The notes: a model not told the origin generated them from the sequence alone. Numbered from the stretch's first letter, positions 49,140-63,330 are shown. The stretch is DNA of 64,000 bases from Dicyema japonicum (GCA_011109175.1 RDEW01000011.1:992612-1056611), one strand, 5' to 3'. Program-made: numbers and translations.

Positions 49140-49480
49140 AACAACTACTAGAAGCTCATTTCAGCCAGGCTGGCTGGTCTCAGATTCGCAAACCTATCTA
49201 TAAAAACGATTTTTAAGGAAATGGGGTCAATAAGACATATCCTTTCTCCAATATCGATATTCATACTTGCAAAAGGCGATCCGATACCGTTCAGCAGGGT
49301 CAGTGATCTGCTTCCAAGATAAACAAACATAATATTCAATATACTTGATTCCAGTACGGCAAAGTTTATCAGGCTGATCGGTCAGCTTGTATGGCGGAAG
49401 CAGGATCCTAGAATGACACGAGATTAATAGCGTGAATTAATAAGTTCCTTATCGAAATTTATTGCGAGAATGCTTCTGTG
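49140..49480 (+). mobile_element. Old RLE-like remnant, homologous to 880-1250
   Basis: Nucleotide similarity to 880-1250. The duplicate at about 49804-49900 reads KFIRLIGPLVERK*DPR. Confidence 0.4.
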
Positions 49481-50029
49481 AGCTTCTAAAAATTAAAAGG
49501 AATCAGAGACAGAATTTTAGGAACCCCAATTAACAATAAAATTTCAAAAATATAGTTTTTACAAATAAGCTAAAACTTTGGAAACCCTATCGCAATTAGG
49601 TAAATTAACTAATTAAGCGAATTTTGATCCAGATTGTTGATAATCCTTCTTCTTCTCTTAGAAGAAGAGTGTGCCATAAACTCCCTGTTACTCCCCATCT
49701 CCACATCAGATTCAGTCGAAATATCTCCGTTAAAGTCCAGTGGGCTGTCCTCACGGCATGCCAGTTCCACAAGTTGGGAGGTAGCAGAGGCGTACACTTC
49801 ATNCAGTACGGCAAAGTTTATCAGGCTGATCGGTCCGCTTGTAGAGCGGAAGTAAGATCCTAGAATGACACGATATTAATAGCGTGAATTAATAAGGTCC
49901 TTATCGAAATTTATTGCGAGAATGCTTCTGTGAGCTTCTAAAAATTAAAAGGAATCAGAGACAGAATTTTAGGAACCCCAATTAACAATAAAATTTCAAA
50001 AATATAGTTTTTACAAATAAGCTAAAACT

Positions 50030-50370
50030 TTGGAAACCCTATCGCAATTAGGTAAATTAACTAATTAAGCGAATTTTGATCCAGATTGTTGATAATCCTT
50101 CTTCTTCTCTTAGAAGAAGAGTGTGCCATAAACTCCCTGTTACTCCCCATCTCCACATCAGATTCAGTCGAAATATCTCCGTTAAAGTCCAGTGGGCTGT
50201 CCTCACGGCATGCCAGTTCCACAAGTTGGGAGGTAGCAGAGGCGTACACTTCATCGTATACCTTCATCCCATGCTTATGTTCAATGAGCATACTTTCGAG
50301 CGTTTTCTTCAGCACAACCGATTGGATGTAAGTCCTCGTTAATTCTTCAATAGATAATTTATCCATATAA
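50030..50370 (-). mobile_element. R4/Dong-type 3' stub (partly duplicated at 49590-49800)
   Basis: TRTYIQSVVLKKTLESM matches the C-terminus of the 31730-33040 family. Confidence 0.75.
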
Positions 50371-50918
50371 TTCTTGAAGCATTTTGAGAAACTCTATCTA
50401 AAAAATAATCTTCACTTGGCACTCATAGAGCAGCATAAAGTTTGTTTGCAAGTTTTGAAAAATTACCCCAAAAACAGAGGTTTCCTCAAAAATGAAAATC
50501 CGACATTTTCTTCATTTTTATAACGACTTTAATAGTTTTAACATATTTTCCATTAATTTTATTAATAAGTAAAGTATTTGTATTAACATTTAAGCTTGTT
50601 TTCCATTAATTTTACTAATAACTAACGTATTTTTTAAACAAAATTTTTTAAATTCTATTACACGAAAATAATCTGTTATTTTGTTTCCTGTTGCAGATTT
50701 CTTCATATGTATGCTTAATATTTTTTTGAAATTGTGATAGTCTTATAACGCACCTGTGAAACAAACAGTGAATATTCTTTTCAAGGTTATTCATTGTTGT
50801 TATTGTGTCCAAGTGTGAACAGTTGTATTCAGTTTGGTCATATGACTTATCATCATTTTCTTCTTCATTTTCAGTAATTACATCTGCAATTATGATGTCC
50901 AAATTTTCTTTCTCATTA

Positions 50919-51702
50919 CAGTCGAACCTCGATTCGGAACGCAATGTGTTCCAAAAACTGAGGTTGTTCCAAAAACCGAGGTTCTGTCAAAAATTAACAT
51001 CAATATAATTGTAATAATTTAATTAATGCAAGAAAGTCTTAAAAATCAAACAGTAAAAATCCTTTAACGAACTTGGAGCAATATCTAGAACTGATTCTTC
51101 CAATTCATTAATTTTTTACTACTTCTTTGATCGTCGTCTTTTTATTTTGCATACCATTATAAACAATTTCTTCATTATCGCTGCTTTCCAATTTCCAACA
51201 CTTAGTCTACAACTTGTTCTATAACATCATCCGTCAGATTATCAGACACAACAAGTATTTCATTGCCGAAAGTATTATCCCAACAATTTGTAATTATTTC
51301 GGAGGATACATTTTGCCACGATTTCGATACTATTATCAATGATTGGCGTAAATTAATTTTTTTAAGTAAGTCGCAAAAAATCTTCTTCATCTATACAACA
51401 AATAAATTCAATTAACGCCTTCGAAAAATTATCTTTATATTCTTAATTATCTTAAAACAGCTTTGATTATCCCGTGAATGATTTTTCAGTAGTCGAGCAA
51501 TTTCAACTTTTTCTCGTAACTAAGACTCATCATGATTTTTTTTATTCAAAAATAATTAATTTTTTAATGATTAGAAATAAAAAATAGTAATAAATTCAGT
51601 TCCAAATCGAAGTTTTCAGTATTTTTAGCAGAGATCCTACAAAGTGTTTCAAAAACTGAGGTGTTCCAGCCCCGAGGCCCGTTCCAAATCGAGGTCGGAC
51701 TG
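50919..51702 (-). mobile_element. Non-autonomous pogo/Tigger deletion derivative, 784 bp
   Basis: 22-bp TIRs (19/22 match) flanked by TA on both sides. Inside, the transposase N-terminus is fused to its C-terminus (GIIKA...SKSWQNVSSEIITNCW). Confidence 0.88.
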
Positions 51703-51719
51703 TATTAACTAAAAAATTT

Positions 51720-52790
51720 TAATTAGGAATCAGTTGCCTACAGTTATTAATTGTTTCCCAACAATTCGTTATTGTTTCAAGATTTAAATTTTGCCATGTT
51801 TTCCCAACAATTATTATAACATGACGAAGATTTAATTTTTTAATTAAACATTTGTAATTCAACGTCCTTAAAAGAAAAAGTAAAATCCATTAAAGCGTTT
51901 AGATAAATTTACTTAAAGGATTTAATAACACCCATGTCTAACGGTTGAATTAACGAGGTTGCATTTCTTGAAGAAAAAACAATTCAATCTTGGAAAGATA
52001 GAAATTCTTGTGACAACTTTCGTTATCAAGTAACAAAACAATTTTTCTCTTTTGCTTAATCATTTGTTCATTTGTAATGGTGAGCCAAGTAATAAATATT
52101 TCTAATGTCATCCAAGAATTTTTGGATGATAAATAAAAAACTCCATGTGCTTCAGGGTTAAGTTTTTCATACAGTATGGAGTTTTAAATTTCCCCACTAA
52201 TAATGGATTCAATTTTTCTCCACGAGCACTGATTGAGAAAAATATCGTGACCTTTTCCTTGCTTCTTTTAATACCGAAACAGTCTTCGCTAGGAGTTACA
52301 AATGATATTGACGGTATCCTTTTAATAAATAATCCAGTCTCGTCGCAATTACAAATATTTGGAAGACCATATTCTTTTACGTATTCATCATACTTGGCAA
52401 AAAAACATACCAAGCGAAGAAACATCGGAAGAGTTTTTCTCCACTAATTGTCCTAATGACAACTCATGTCTTTTCTTAAATTTTTCCAACCAGCCATTGG
52501 ACCCTGTAACGGCGAATAATTCAACATCTTTGCTACTTTAGAAGCAATATTTTTTAAAAGAGTACCGGACACAGGAATAAATTTCTCCCTTGTCTTGGTA
52601 AAAGCCTCTAAAACGATTTTATCCAATTTTTTAGATAAAGTATTAGGAGAGCATTGTTTTTTTCACGGAAAATCTGTTTGAACAGTACTAATATTAAAAA
52701 AATTGAGATAATTTTTTATACGTGATGCAGTGCCTAACAACTGAAATTACTAAAAAAACCTTTTTAGCGTTTTCCAAAATATGTCAAAAA
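51720..52790 (-). mobile_element. pogo/Tigger DDE_1 transposase fragment
   Basis: NICNCDETGLF, KRSKEKVT, GEKLNPLLVGK. Confidence 0.85.
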
Positions 52791-52813
52791 AGTTTTTGTG
52801 ACATAATCGTCCA

Positions 52814-54200
52814 CTAGACGGCTCCATTTGAGTCAGTTATAAATTCGGATAGTTCAGATAATTTGGTATTTAGTAAACGTATAGAATAAAAGGAGTTATT
52901 GGACTGCGTTTTGTTTATCTTCAGCGAATTCCGTTTCTTGATGAGTGACACAATTTTCGATGATAATCTTGTATTGAACTTCTTGTAAGAGGCGATAGGA
53001 ATAAATAATTTATCAGCCTTCAAAGTGATAGCAGACAGAATCTTGGCCGTCTTACAATTCTCTACTGTACAATTTTCCATAGTAAGATCAAGTAGACTAT
53101 TGTCCAAATGCGCCCTGAAACCTTGCCAGTCAGCCTTTAAATAATTTTTGAACTTTTTAGAACAACACAGTGAACAAATAGGCCTTCTAAGTCTCAACAC
53201 AATAAGGTTATGGTCGCTTGAGAAACCATAACGAACATTCCATGAAATACATCCAGCCATAAAAGGAGAGCAGAGAGACAGGTCCAGGGATGTTGGACTG
53301 TACCTTCTGCGTGTCGGGGTCCTTGTGTGAGTGTCCGGGTCATTGAGGATAGTCAAATCATTAAGTAAAGAAAAGATGTACTCGCCGCGACTGTCGGCTG
53401 ATTGTGACCGGAGCCAGAGTGGATGTTTGGCATTTAGGTCGCCGCATAATACCAGATCTTTCAATTCAAAAAGTTTCGATAAGTTTGGAATATACTTTGG
53501 GATAAGGGAAGTCGACGAACTCTGAGGTGGAATATAAATATTACACAGTGTAAAACGTCTTGAAAGTGAGAAAAGAACTTCGATAGAGATTTGCTCTAGA
53601 ATAGGGAATCCTTCGCAAAGAGAAGATACAAACGGGGTGACATCGGTGAACAAAACACCCTCCATAACAAACGTCAGTAATCCTCCACCGATACTTCTTG
53701 TCCGGTCCTTTCGGAGTATATTGTAGCCAGGAAAACGTGGGGTGGCGGATGACCTGGAGATTTTAGACTCCTGAATAATGGCATTGTCCACTTTCAAAAA
53801 GGCAAAGAGGGAACATAGCTCCAGCACTTTATTACGGATTCCATTGACATGGAGTAGAAGAATGACCAGCGTGTAATCGGGACCTGGGTTAGGTTTGATG
53901 TCTCCAGCCTGGAGTAACAAATTGGGAACGACGAAATTGGTAGGCCACCCTTCCAAAAGACGTAGAGGGGTGGAGAAGTTCAAACGGTTCTATTTCATGA
54001 AAAACTTGCACCGGGCGCCACCACAACAACAGGTGGACCGCATGCCGTTTATCTACTGTTGGGAGTTGCAGTTCATACACAGGGGAGAAAATTCCTTTCC
54101 ATTTTGTCGGTAAGATCTACATGTGATGAGGGGATTAGTTTTTCTAGTTTCCCAAGATTACTAATAGTAGTGATTTTTTGTTTGTTCGTCCAGGAAGATT
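52814..54200 (-). mobile_element. 5' half of a 2A-APE element
   Basis: Cys-rich leader with stops, LLLQAGDIKPNPGP, and a 389-aa APE ORF (IQESK, CGDLNAKH, SDH). Confidence 0.88.
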
Positions 54201-54239
54201 GATTCTCCATGACGGACAGGCATAGCTGATAGATGGCTC

Positions 54240-55500
54240 AATGAATTGTTTGTACAATAATTTCAATGCTGAAAAAGGGTCTTAATGACACAAAAAATAG
54301 ATTTGATTATTCCTAGGTTTCTTGAGCAGCTTCCGGAGATGCCGTCGACATGAGAGGGAAAGGACATGTGTGTAACGGGGGTGATCCCCAAGATTTTTGT
54401 CTGGTTGATAAATATATCCACGGTCATTTTTCCAAGTCGTTTGTCTGAGGTAAATAAGGACAAAGATGATTTTCAGTAGATATATAAAGCCGGTTACAAT
54501 TTAGCCTAATTTGAATCTTGTGAAGGTATTCTTGTAGTCTTTCTGATGCTTTAGAAGATCTTGATCGCAAGATCCGATTAATAAGTCATCAGCATATGAT
54601 AGGAAGAGATCGTCTTTATTATCGGGTTGTATAAATCGGACATATATAAGTTAAATAAGGCGGGGGATTAATGGGAACCTTGTGGGACACCATTGGGTAG
54701 TAATCTTGAAACTCATTTGGTCCCATCCATGTATACACGGGCCCTTTTTCCATTGATAAAGTTAGCAACCAGAGTTTTATATTAGGGTTGACAGAGAGGC
54801 CAAACAATTTTTGGGTTAGGGTTTTCTTGGAGACAGAGTCGAAGGCCTTTTTGTTAATCAATCGAGCAAACGACGGTTTTGAGGTTGCGAGGATTTGTGT
54901 TAGAGACTTCAAGGATAAATTTGTTGAGGGCAGTGAAATGGGTAAAGGTTGAATAAAACCTTCTGAATCCATGTTGTGAGGATGAAAAAGGAAGGGACAA
55001 GGTTATAAGACTAAGAATCAGGTTTCCAATAATTTTGAGTGCATAGTAAAGAGATTGGTCGAAATGATGCAGGATTGTCTTTAGGCTTCCCAGTCTTAAG
55101 GATTGGGGGTATATATGACAGTTTCCAGATATTTGGAATGGTATTCATGTTTATTGAATAATTGAAAATCACTGTGATTGCATTAATCGCAATAGGTCCA
55201 ACGTGTTTTAGTAGGATAACAGTGATAGAATCAGGCCCACATGAGAAGGAAGAATTCATCCTCTTCAAACCCTCATTGACATCTGAATGTTTGATAAAAC
55301 TGATCGGTTTGGTCCTCTTCGGTCTCATTGAGGATAAAGAAGGCACATCCATTTTATTGAAAAACGTGGTGTCATGTGGTCTACCAGTTATGAAAGTTCT
55401 GGAAGCGCTCAGGGTACACATAATGCACCGCGAAAAAAGACCATTATCTACCCCCGTCCGATGAAGGACTCTTCGGACAACTGCCTCTTCCCCTTCTTAA
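54240..55500 (-). mobile_element. RT half of an APE-RT element, degenerate
   Basis: SCGPDSI, FRPISLL, KAFDSV, YADD, ILGIT. Confidence 0.82.
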
Positions 55501-55558
55501 TAAACCAGATTGTAAATTTAAAATTTGAAAATTAAGAATTCATAAATTATTTTAATTA

Positions 55559-58500
55559 CTAGTCACCTCTTAACATGTTCTTAATATTTAATACGACCAA
55601 CTCCCCCTTTGAATCCAAACCCAATGTAATGCATCCTCGATCACGTAATACAACACAGCTTTGAAGGGAATAACAAAGATTATATGTGGCTAATAAAGTA
55701 AAGGTATCAATACACCACAGGAATATTATCCGTGATACTACTAACACTTTTCTAAATTTACCCAAACAGTGGATTTGAGAATTCACGTCTGCGATATATC
55801 CATTTGGATGGGTAAATCGTCTTATAGAGTGCTGAATACGTCCAAAATATAAATAAGTTGGACACAAAGCAGATATTATTTCGCAGTTTTCGGAAATATT
55901 GGAGTTTATGACATGTTCTGAGTTGAGGATTGTCCTTATATGTTGTCCTTTATTTACATCCCATATCACAATGCATATTGAATTTAGTTTATCAAAGTAC
56001 CCAACATTTATGAGGATTGTTCCATTACAGGAAATTGAACTATTTCTTAATGAAAGTATCGTCTTGTCGTCCACGTGAAGTTTCTAAATAATTATTCACA
56101 ATACCATAAATTTGTTGTTTTCATGAGTTTTAAAAACATGTAGATAAGTGTCAAAATATGAAACAACAATTGTCTGTTCATTTTGACTCATCAAAAAAGA
56201 GTCGATTGTTTCAACGTGGTCATCCAGGGAACTAACCTGTAAAATTACTTAATATTAAGACTCTTCTTGCCAATCTTATTCTCTTAATGATGTAGCCCGT
56301 CTGCAGACTCCATATGACCAAATGATTGCGAGAATCAGAAGGACATAGTAATAAACCATCACTCAAATATCTATACTCATTTATTGGATGGGCAGGAAGA
56401 CTCATTCCACTGAGTACTCCAACATAACACATCATCTTCATCTCCTTGTTGTATTCAAGATCCTTCAAGACTATGGTCTTTCCTTTGTTGTATAAAACTT
56501 GACCATCATTTATCTCCAGTTTTTTTCTTTCACAACCTCCATCGTCTTTTAAACAGTAAGTCTTGATCGTTCCATCGTTGTCATCAACACAGGTTATTTC
56601 ATTCATATGTCCGTATAAAGTTATTCCCTTTTGACGAGGGACATAGCTAAAGTCCCACTTTACGTCGTCCCCAACATTCCAATATTCTAACAAATTTGTA
56701 TCATCGGACAGTGTTATTATTTCTTTAGTATTCATACAATAAAATGAAGTAATATTTTGGAATGATTTTATTTTTTTTATTAATTTTCCATATTCACATT
56801 CCATAACGTAAATTTCGCTCATTTCGTGAATGTTCCTTGATTTGCACAGAATTCCACAACTTTTACAGTCCTCATGTCAAATTATACTATTATACCAATA
56901 TTTCTTTCATTTCAATGACTTCAGCGTCTCCCAGAAACGCCGAGGACCAAAGTGAAGTTAAACTAGTGGATGAGACCAATCCAATATAGCATGTGGAATC
57001 AGGTAACTTTTTGTATGAAAATGCCACGTTCTTCCCTGAGAAGACTAAATTGTCAAAATTCATTATTTGTGGAGCTAACTGAAATTTTATCGTCTGTGAT
57101 GTCTTTATGTTAAAAATATTTATTATATTCGTATTTCTGAATCCATATATTATCTAAAGTAATACTCACATCACCTCATCTGGAGGTGTCGACGTTGGAA
57201 CTAATATTTCGCTTTTCGTCAAATTTTCGTCATTTAAGTAAATTTTTCCATTGAATATTATCGAACTTTCCGATTCTATTCTCCACGTGTTCACATGATC
57301 AGAAAAATAGGATACAGCAAACATTGTCTTATTTTCGAAACAGAATGAAAAATATACTTGTTCAGTAAAATCAGTAAACTAAACATGTTTATTTATTTTA
57401 CCGTTTCAAGCACATAATTGTTTGTGAGGCTGTAAAACATAATAAATCTATTTCCCGAAGCGATTACAATATTTGGAAAAATAAGTTCTATCTGCTTGAT
57501 TGGTTTGTCAGAGATTTTGTTATTTTTGTTATTTTGTAATTCCATTATTATTCCAGAATCCACGTGGGTCAATAATTGCCATTCAGTTTGACTGTTTGGA
57601 GAATCATTTGTTTTATTAGGATAATTGAAATTCAGAATTTTAATATGTTTAGCGTCCTTCGGGTTGATTCTGGTTATTAAAGTTGAATTTGGATTGTTTA
57701 AATTTGGAAAACACCTCTGTGAGGGAAGTATGTACGTGGTACAACTTTTTTTGCATTCTATAAGCAATTGGATAAATCCTTTATATTTTTCTTTCTCTTC
57801 TGAATTTAAACTACGAAACCAATTATCGAAATAAGACACAACTACGGAACAGAACTCATTCGGATAAAGACAGAGCACATTGATTGATGCTCTTAATAAT
57901 TTCCTGAGCATAACAATGTCATAGTCGTCGTGATTATAAATTAAATAATGATCACAATCCTTGATTACTTGTTCAACTCCAATTATGAGCAGTCTTTTAA
58001 CAAATAATTGGTAATGAAGCAAATAATGCGTTTTCATTAGCTTAAATAATCGAGTAATTTTTAAATAATCTACAAATTTGTTTAATTGCTTAAAAAATGG
58101 TTCCTTCTCAAAATAGATTATTGCCATCTCGCTCTGGCTAGATTTATAGTCCTTCATGTTCTGTCTACTCAAATACTCAGCCAATTTGACCCTCCAATGG
58201 TTGAAATCAAAATAATATCTATCAATCACAAATTTACGTGTTATTTCGTTTTTCCACCATATTATATTAGATTCATCAGACACAAAAGTCACACAAAATT
58301 CACTTAAACAAGCCAAAACTCCACATAGTGTGAGATCTGGGATTCTCCCCCACTCTGAAGAAATTCCTGGATAGTTCCATAGTATGTTATTAATCATCTC
58401 TTCACTGACTCCTTCTCCAACTGTTATCAATGCACATATATGCTTAAACAATTCGAATCCAAAGTTTTTTTCTATAGAAGCAAAACAGGTGTTCAATTTG

Positions 58501-60634
58501 GAGTTATATGATGTGATTTGATCAATCTCCGGGACTATACGTTTTATCACATAGTTTTTTGTAGTACAGTGACTTTTGAGAATCGTAATGGGACCATTGT
58601 AAATGTGTTGTACAGTGTGATCTTTGTTAATCCTAAGATTGATATTGTATGCCTCAGGGACAGTCTTGCTAGTACAGAAAATATAACAATTTTCAGGGAT
58701 ATTGGTTGTCCACTTGGAATCTTAGTTGAAATTACAAACTACCCTCAAATAAATCAGTGTCGTCAACGAAAATAAATATTTTCTGATTTTCAGCTTCACG
58801 TAATAACAAATTTGATATTTCATGATGATAGTTGTCGTTGATATTCAGGACAGTCTTTAGTAATTGTTGTCCAAAGATCTCAATTATTTTTTCTAGTGAT
58901 CGATCCTTCATCAAAGAAGCCGAAATGTACACTGACTTTACGTCTCTGCAATTATCAAAATATTTTACGAATAATTATCATAGTAATAGCTCGCAATTTC
59001 ACAGAGGAGAGAAGTCTTGCCAACATTGGTCTCTCCTGTTATGTAACACACGCATTTTTCAAGACTGTTAATGAAGTCTATGAGATCTATGATGTTCTCC
59101 AAATAAAATTTTGATTTTTCATTGCTTTTAGGTCACAAATTGTACCATTTATTGTAATAGCTGATTTGGTTCCAATAATTGACATCAAAGTTTATGTTAC
59201 TCCGGAGAATAGCTCTCGATTTTTTGGAGATACATTGATTTATTTTATCTATGATCATGTTGTATGATTGACGAATTATTTTAATATTATATTTTGCGTC
59301 GTCTCTGCTGTTTGAAGGGTAGTTGTGTTTGTTTCTAGCTGGAATCTAAAAGTAACAACATAAATATACAATCCAATGAAGATATCTGTGAAATTTGTTG
59401 TCTAACTTGTTTTCATAAAACGAGGGAATTTTGTTTTTTATTGAATCTTCATATGAAAGAGTAACGTCATTTATTTTCAAGCTTCTTTTTTCAAACATCA
59501 GTACGTCATCGTGTTTGAAAAGAAAATCCGACCACAAAATATTAAATAGTCGTTCGGTATCTTTGTTGAGTTTATAATAATTACAATTTTCAAGATTGAC
59601 TTCAGTCAGAAGGCCAATTTGTTTGTACTTTATCAACACGTTTTGTATTCTCTCAAGCTGGGACAACGCCTCATCAAATGACAAATTAGAATTCTGCATT
59701 TTAATTCTTTATAATGTTTTTATAGTTACTTAATGTTTTGGCGTACAAATGTATCGTCAACTTGAGGGAAATACCACTCTTTCAGTAAATTTATGTCATT
59801 TTTATTACTTTCCAACTCAGACTCTTTTGCTGATAACAAATTAATATCGGTGGACATACTCTTCTCTAATGTTTTATAGTTAAAATGTTGGACGAATAAT
59901 GATTCTGGTAAAGTTTGAGGAAGTAAAATATTGTCGTAGTTGTCGTCAACAAATAACTGGAATAAAATATGTCAATACAATAGTAATATATTGACAATAT
60001 GGATCTTTCCACGTGTTTATAAGATCAGTAATTTGAGCAAAGAAGTCATCGTCTATTAACAGAGGATTGACTCCAACCGAAAAATCTATCATCGATACGT
60101 CAAAATCATAAAATGCAAATTTTTTTTGAAGATCCTTTATTATATTGGTCAACAATTCTTTTCTTTCCATTAAAAAATCTATAATAAGCTTTTATAAACC
60201 TAGGGGATTCGCTATGATGATAATTCGAATTTGGGAGATGTAAAATTTTCTAATATTGAGTGAAGTTATGAATTTCTTCCAAAGAGAATTTTTCACAAGT
60301 TTTTTCTTCTTGTTTTCACATTCAAATAGAATATTCTTAACATTTTCATAATTTCCGCTCGTTTTTGTTGAATTTTCATAAAACGTGTAATTTCTGGTAT
60401 GCAGAAAATTATTACCACTTTGTAATCTGTCTTTAGTATTTTTGTTCTAAATGTAAAATTGTTCCTACATCACATTCCTCCAAACAAGTCTTATCAATAC
60501 AAGTGGAAGCATCCATCATTATCGGTTTTCTCCCTTTTATATAACTTTCCTGACATACATCAAATAATTACAGCAAGAGACTTTAAAATTAACTCCTTCG
60601 GTATGATTTTGGGAGACCAATTGGAGTCTGACAT
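55559..60634 (-). CDS. NACHT and WD40 domain protein (NWD1/NWD2-like STAND NTPase)
   Basis: N-terminal DFLMERKEL...IDFSVGV (DUF4062-like), Walker A GETNVGKT at 59013-59036, Walker B IFIFVDD, and WD40-like repeats (LYGHMNEITCV, LVIWSL, IVIWDV). Many tiny introns. The start codon is tentative. Confidence 0.8.
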
Positions 60635-60794
60635 ATCCACCAAATCGACAAACAAAAACTTATAATTTATAGTTAACTAATCAATGTGGTTTACTGGTAT
60701 TGTTTGAAGTTTTACTTAACAACCAATTTCAATTATTAATTCATTGATTATTTGCACCAATATAACCCGTTGACTTAATCGATTTTACTTTTAA

Positions 60795-62530
60795 CTCATT
60801 ATTATTATACCCCGGGAACACAAGAAAGAGAAAAAAGTTATCGTCTAATTAAGTGATCCCGGTGTCAATGCGTCCTTTGTTTCGACTTTGTCTGAAATTT
60901 TTTATGATCGTCCAAAAGGGGGAAGGTTTGATCTCAAATTTGTGAGCATACTTCTGGTAGGCAAGAAACTCATCTTCAAGGAGGTTACCAGAAGATCGCA
61001 CCATTTTCAAGAATTTTTGTTGTTTGCACCGAGATGTTCCATAACTTTTTTGAGATCTAACGTGTTCCTCGTTTCTGACGTAGGCGTCATTCTGTCGCAT
61101 TTAAGAAGGATCCGGAGGCATTGGTTTTGTATGATCTCTAATTTGTTCCGCGTGGATATTGACAAGGGTATAATCCATGCCGTACATGCATGTTCCAGTG
61201 TCGGAAGAATACACTGTTTGTATAATAATTTAAGATGAGAAAGTGAAGATATTGGCGATCTAGCAAAGGTCTTGAGGATCCCCATCTTTTTTTGAACTCT
61301 TGAAATTATTGTGTCCACATGACGTGTGAGCGTCATCAACGGGTCATATGTAACTCCAAGGATTTGATGGGTTCTTATTAACTGAGATAAGCTCTCCATT
61401 CCAAGTTAATTTAGGATCGAAGGATGTATGTTTTCTGTAGGAGGAGATAATCGCAGTGCTTGACTTCCCAGGGGATATTTTCATGTGGTTTTTGAGGAAT
61501 TATGGGTTCATAATGACGAAGGTCTCCTGAACCCTTCGTGCAGCTTCTTTATGGTCTTGGTGTCTTGCTGCGACAATGAGATCATCGGCATAAGACAGAA
61601 GGATGGTATTTTGGATGATTGGATTTGGAAGGTCTCTTGTAAATAAATTGAACAAGGTTGGTGATAAAGGGGATTTTTGATGGACCCCGTTGGGGAGGTA
61701 TCGTTGTCTTGATTTTCTATTATTCATTACAACTTGGCCTCTTCTACAATTAATGAAATTGGCCAGGCACATCTGGAATTTTGGATGGATATTAGGTGTC
61801 AAAAATTTTTGTTGTTAGAGTGTTCCTCGGTACCGAATCAAGCGCATTGTGTAGTTTTTAGTAATTCAGTCTATCCGAGATGAACTGAGTTAGTTTTGTT
61901 AGATGTGTTGAAGTTGAGTATCCCGATCTGAAGCCATGTTGGAAACTTGCAAGATCAAGCGAATGAGTAATCTTGTGGAAGATTAATTTTTCCAATGTTC
62001 TTTAAAGGCCACAAAGAATCGATATTGGACGATAACTCCGGGGTCGTCTAAGGCTTTGTTCTTTTCAGGTATTGGATGTATAAGTGATTTTTTCCATAAT
62101 GAGAAAATCTCATTTCTATTCACTGAGTAATTGAAAATCTCAGTAAGGGCATCGATTGTGTTTCAATTCAGTTATTGAAATGTCATCTGCCCCTTTGGAT
62201 TTTGTATTTTTCATGTGTTTAATTGCATGAAATACCTCTAGTGGTATGAAATATTCGATGTATGGATATTTTTTCTTCTTGTGTTTCGGTTGATGATCCA
62301 GTTTCAAATATGGTTTGTGGCTTAAACTGACATAAAATTTCATAAGTGTGTCAGGATTAATTCCTGGTGTATGTTTTATGGGAATCTTTTTAAGTTTCCG
62401 TAGTGTTCTCCATTAGGATGATGTCTTTGTGCGTCTGTTTACTGACATCAAAGCAGCCTCTCATTTTTTTGTTTTATTTCTGATCCTTTTAGTAATTTCC
62501 TTATTTAGATCTGTAATTTCAGTATTCAAG
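60795..62530 (-). mobile_element. 3' half of an APE-RT element
   Basis: SKGADDI, NGVHQKSPLSP, YADD, LGVTYD, and a (TAA)n tail. Same family as 36814-39663. Confidence 0.85.
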
Positions 62531-62544
62531 GATGTTGTTTTATC

Positions 62545-63330
62545 TATATTATTATTATTATTATAAGCAACTACATAGAATCATATAAACTATAATTCTA
62601 TTCGTGCCGCGTCTGAACAATCCTCTTAATTAGCCTTTCCCATCCCCTCCTGTCCGATGCCAACTGCCTCAGACTACTAAGGTCTTCACCGTCCTTTAGT
62701 AGTCTGGTTACTGATCTCAGGTCACCATTAAGGACTTCCGGAAGAGTTATTCTTGGACGACCTCTGAACTTCTCCCCTGACGTATCGAAGTATTCTTCCA
62801 TGACGACGTTTGCTGGCGTGTCTNNNNNNNNNNNNNNNNNNNNNNNNNNNNNNNNNNNACAATCCTCTTAATTAGCCTTTCCCATCCCCTCCTGTCCGAT
62901 GCCAACTGCCTCAGACTACTAAGGTCTTCACCGTCCTTTAGTAGTCTGGTTACTGATCTCAGGTCACCATTAAGGACTTCCGGAAGAGTTATTCTTGGAC
63001 GACCTCTGAACTTCTCCCCTGACGTATCGAAGTATTCTTCCATGACGACGTTTGCTGGCGTGTCTTGTTCCAATCTGAGAATATGGCCAAACAATCTCCA
63101 GCGAGCCTTCATGATCATGGTGCTCAGAGGTCCGGAACCGCATCTTCTATATAAATTTTCACTCCCTACACGCATTGGCCACTTTAGTCCCAAGAGAGAC
63201 CGAAGTTGCCTTCTGTGAAAGGAGTCAAGGTTTTGTTTGTCCGTTTTCGAAATTCCCCATGTCCCAGAGTTGTATGTTAGTATGGGCCTCACGAACGCCT
63301 CATACAACCTGAGTCGGAGTGATGGCCCGA
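62545..63330 (-). mobile_element. RTE 3' stub (duplicated across a 35-N gap)
   Basis: LTYNSGTW, RWRLFGHILR, GRPRITLP, and a (TAA)n tail. Confidence 0.88.

Noticed and set aside
49360-50230. About 450-bp direct repeat with duplicated ORFs
   Set aside because: A single N at 49803 sits at the junction, so it is probably an overlap or haplotype artefact.
62620-63060. Duplicated RTE 3' end
   Set aside because: Identical copies either side of an N gap.
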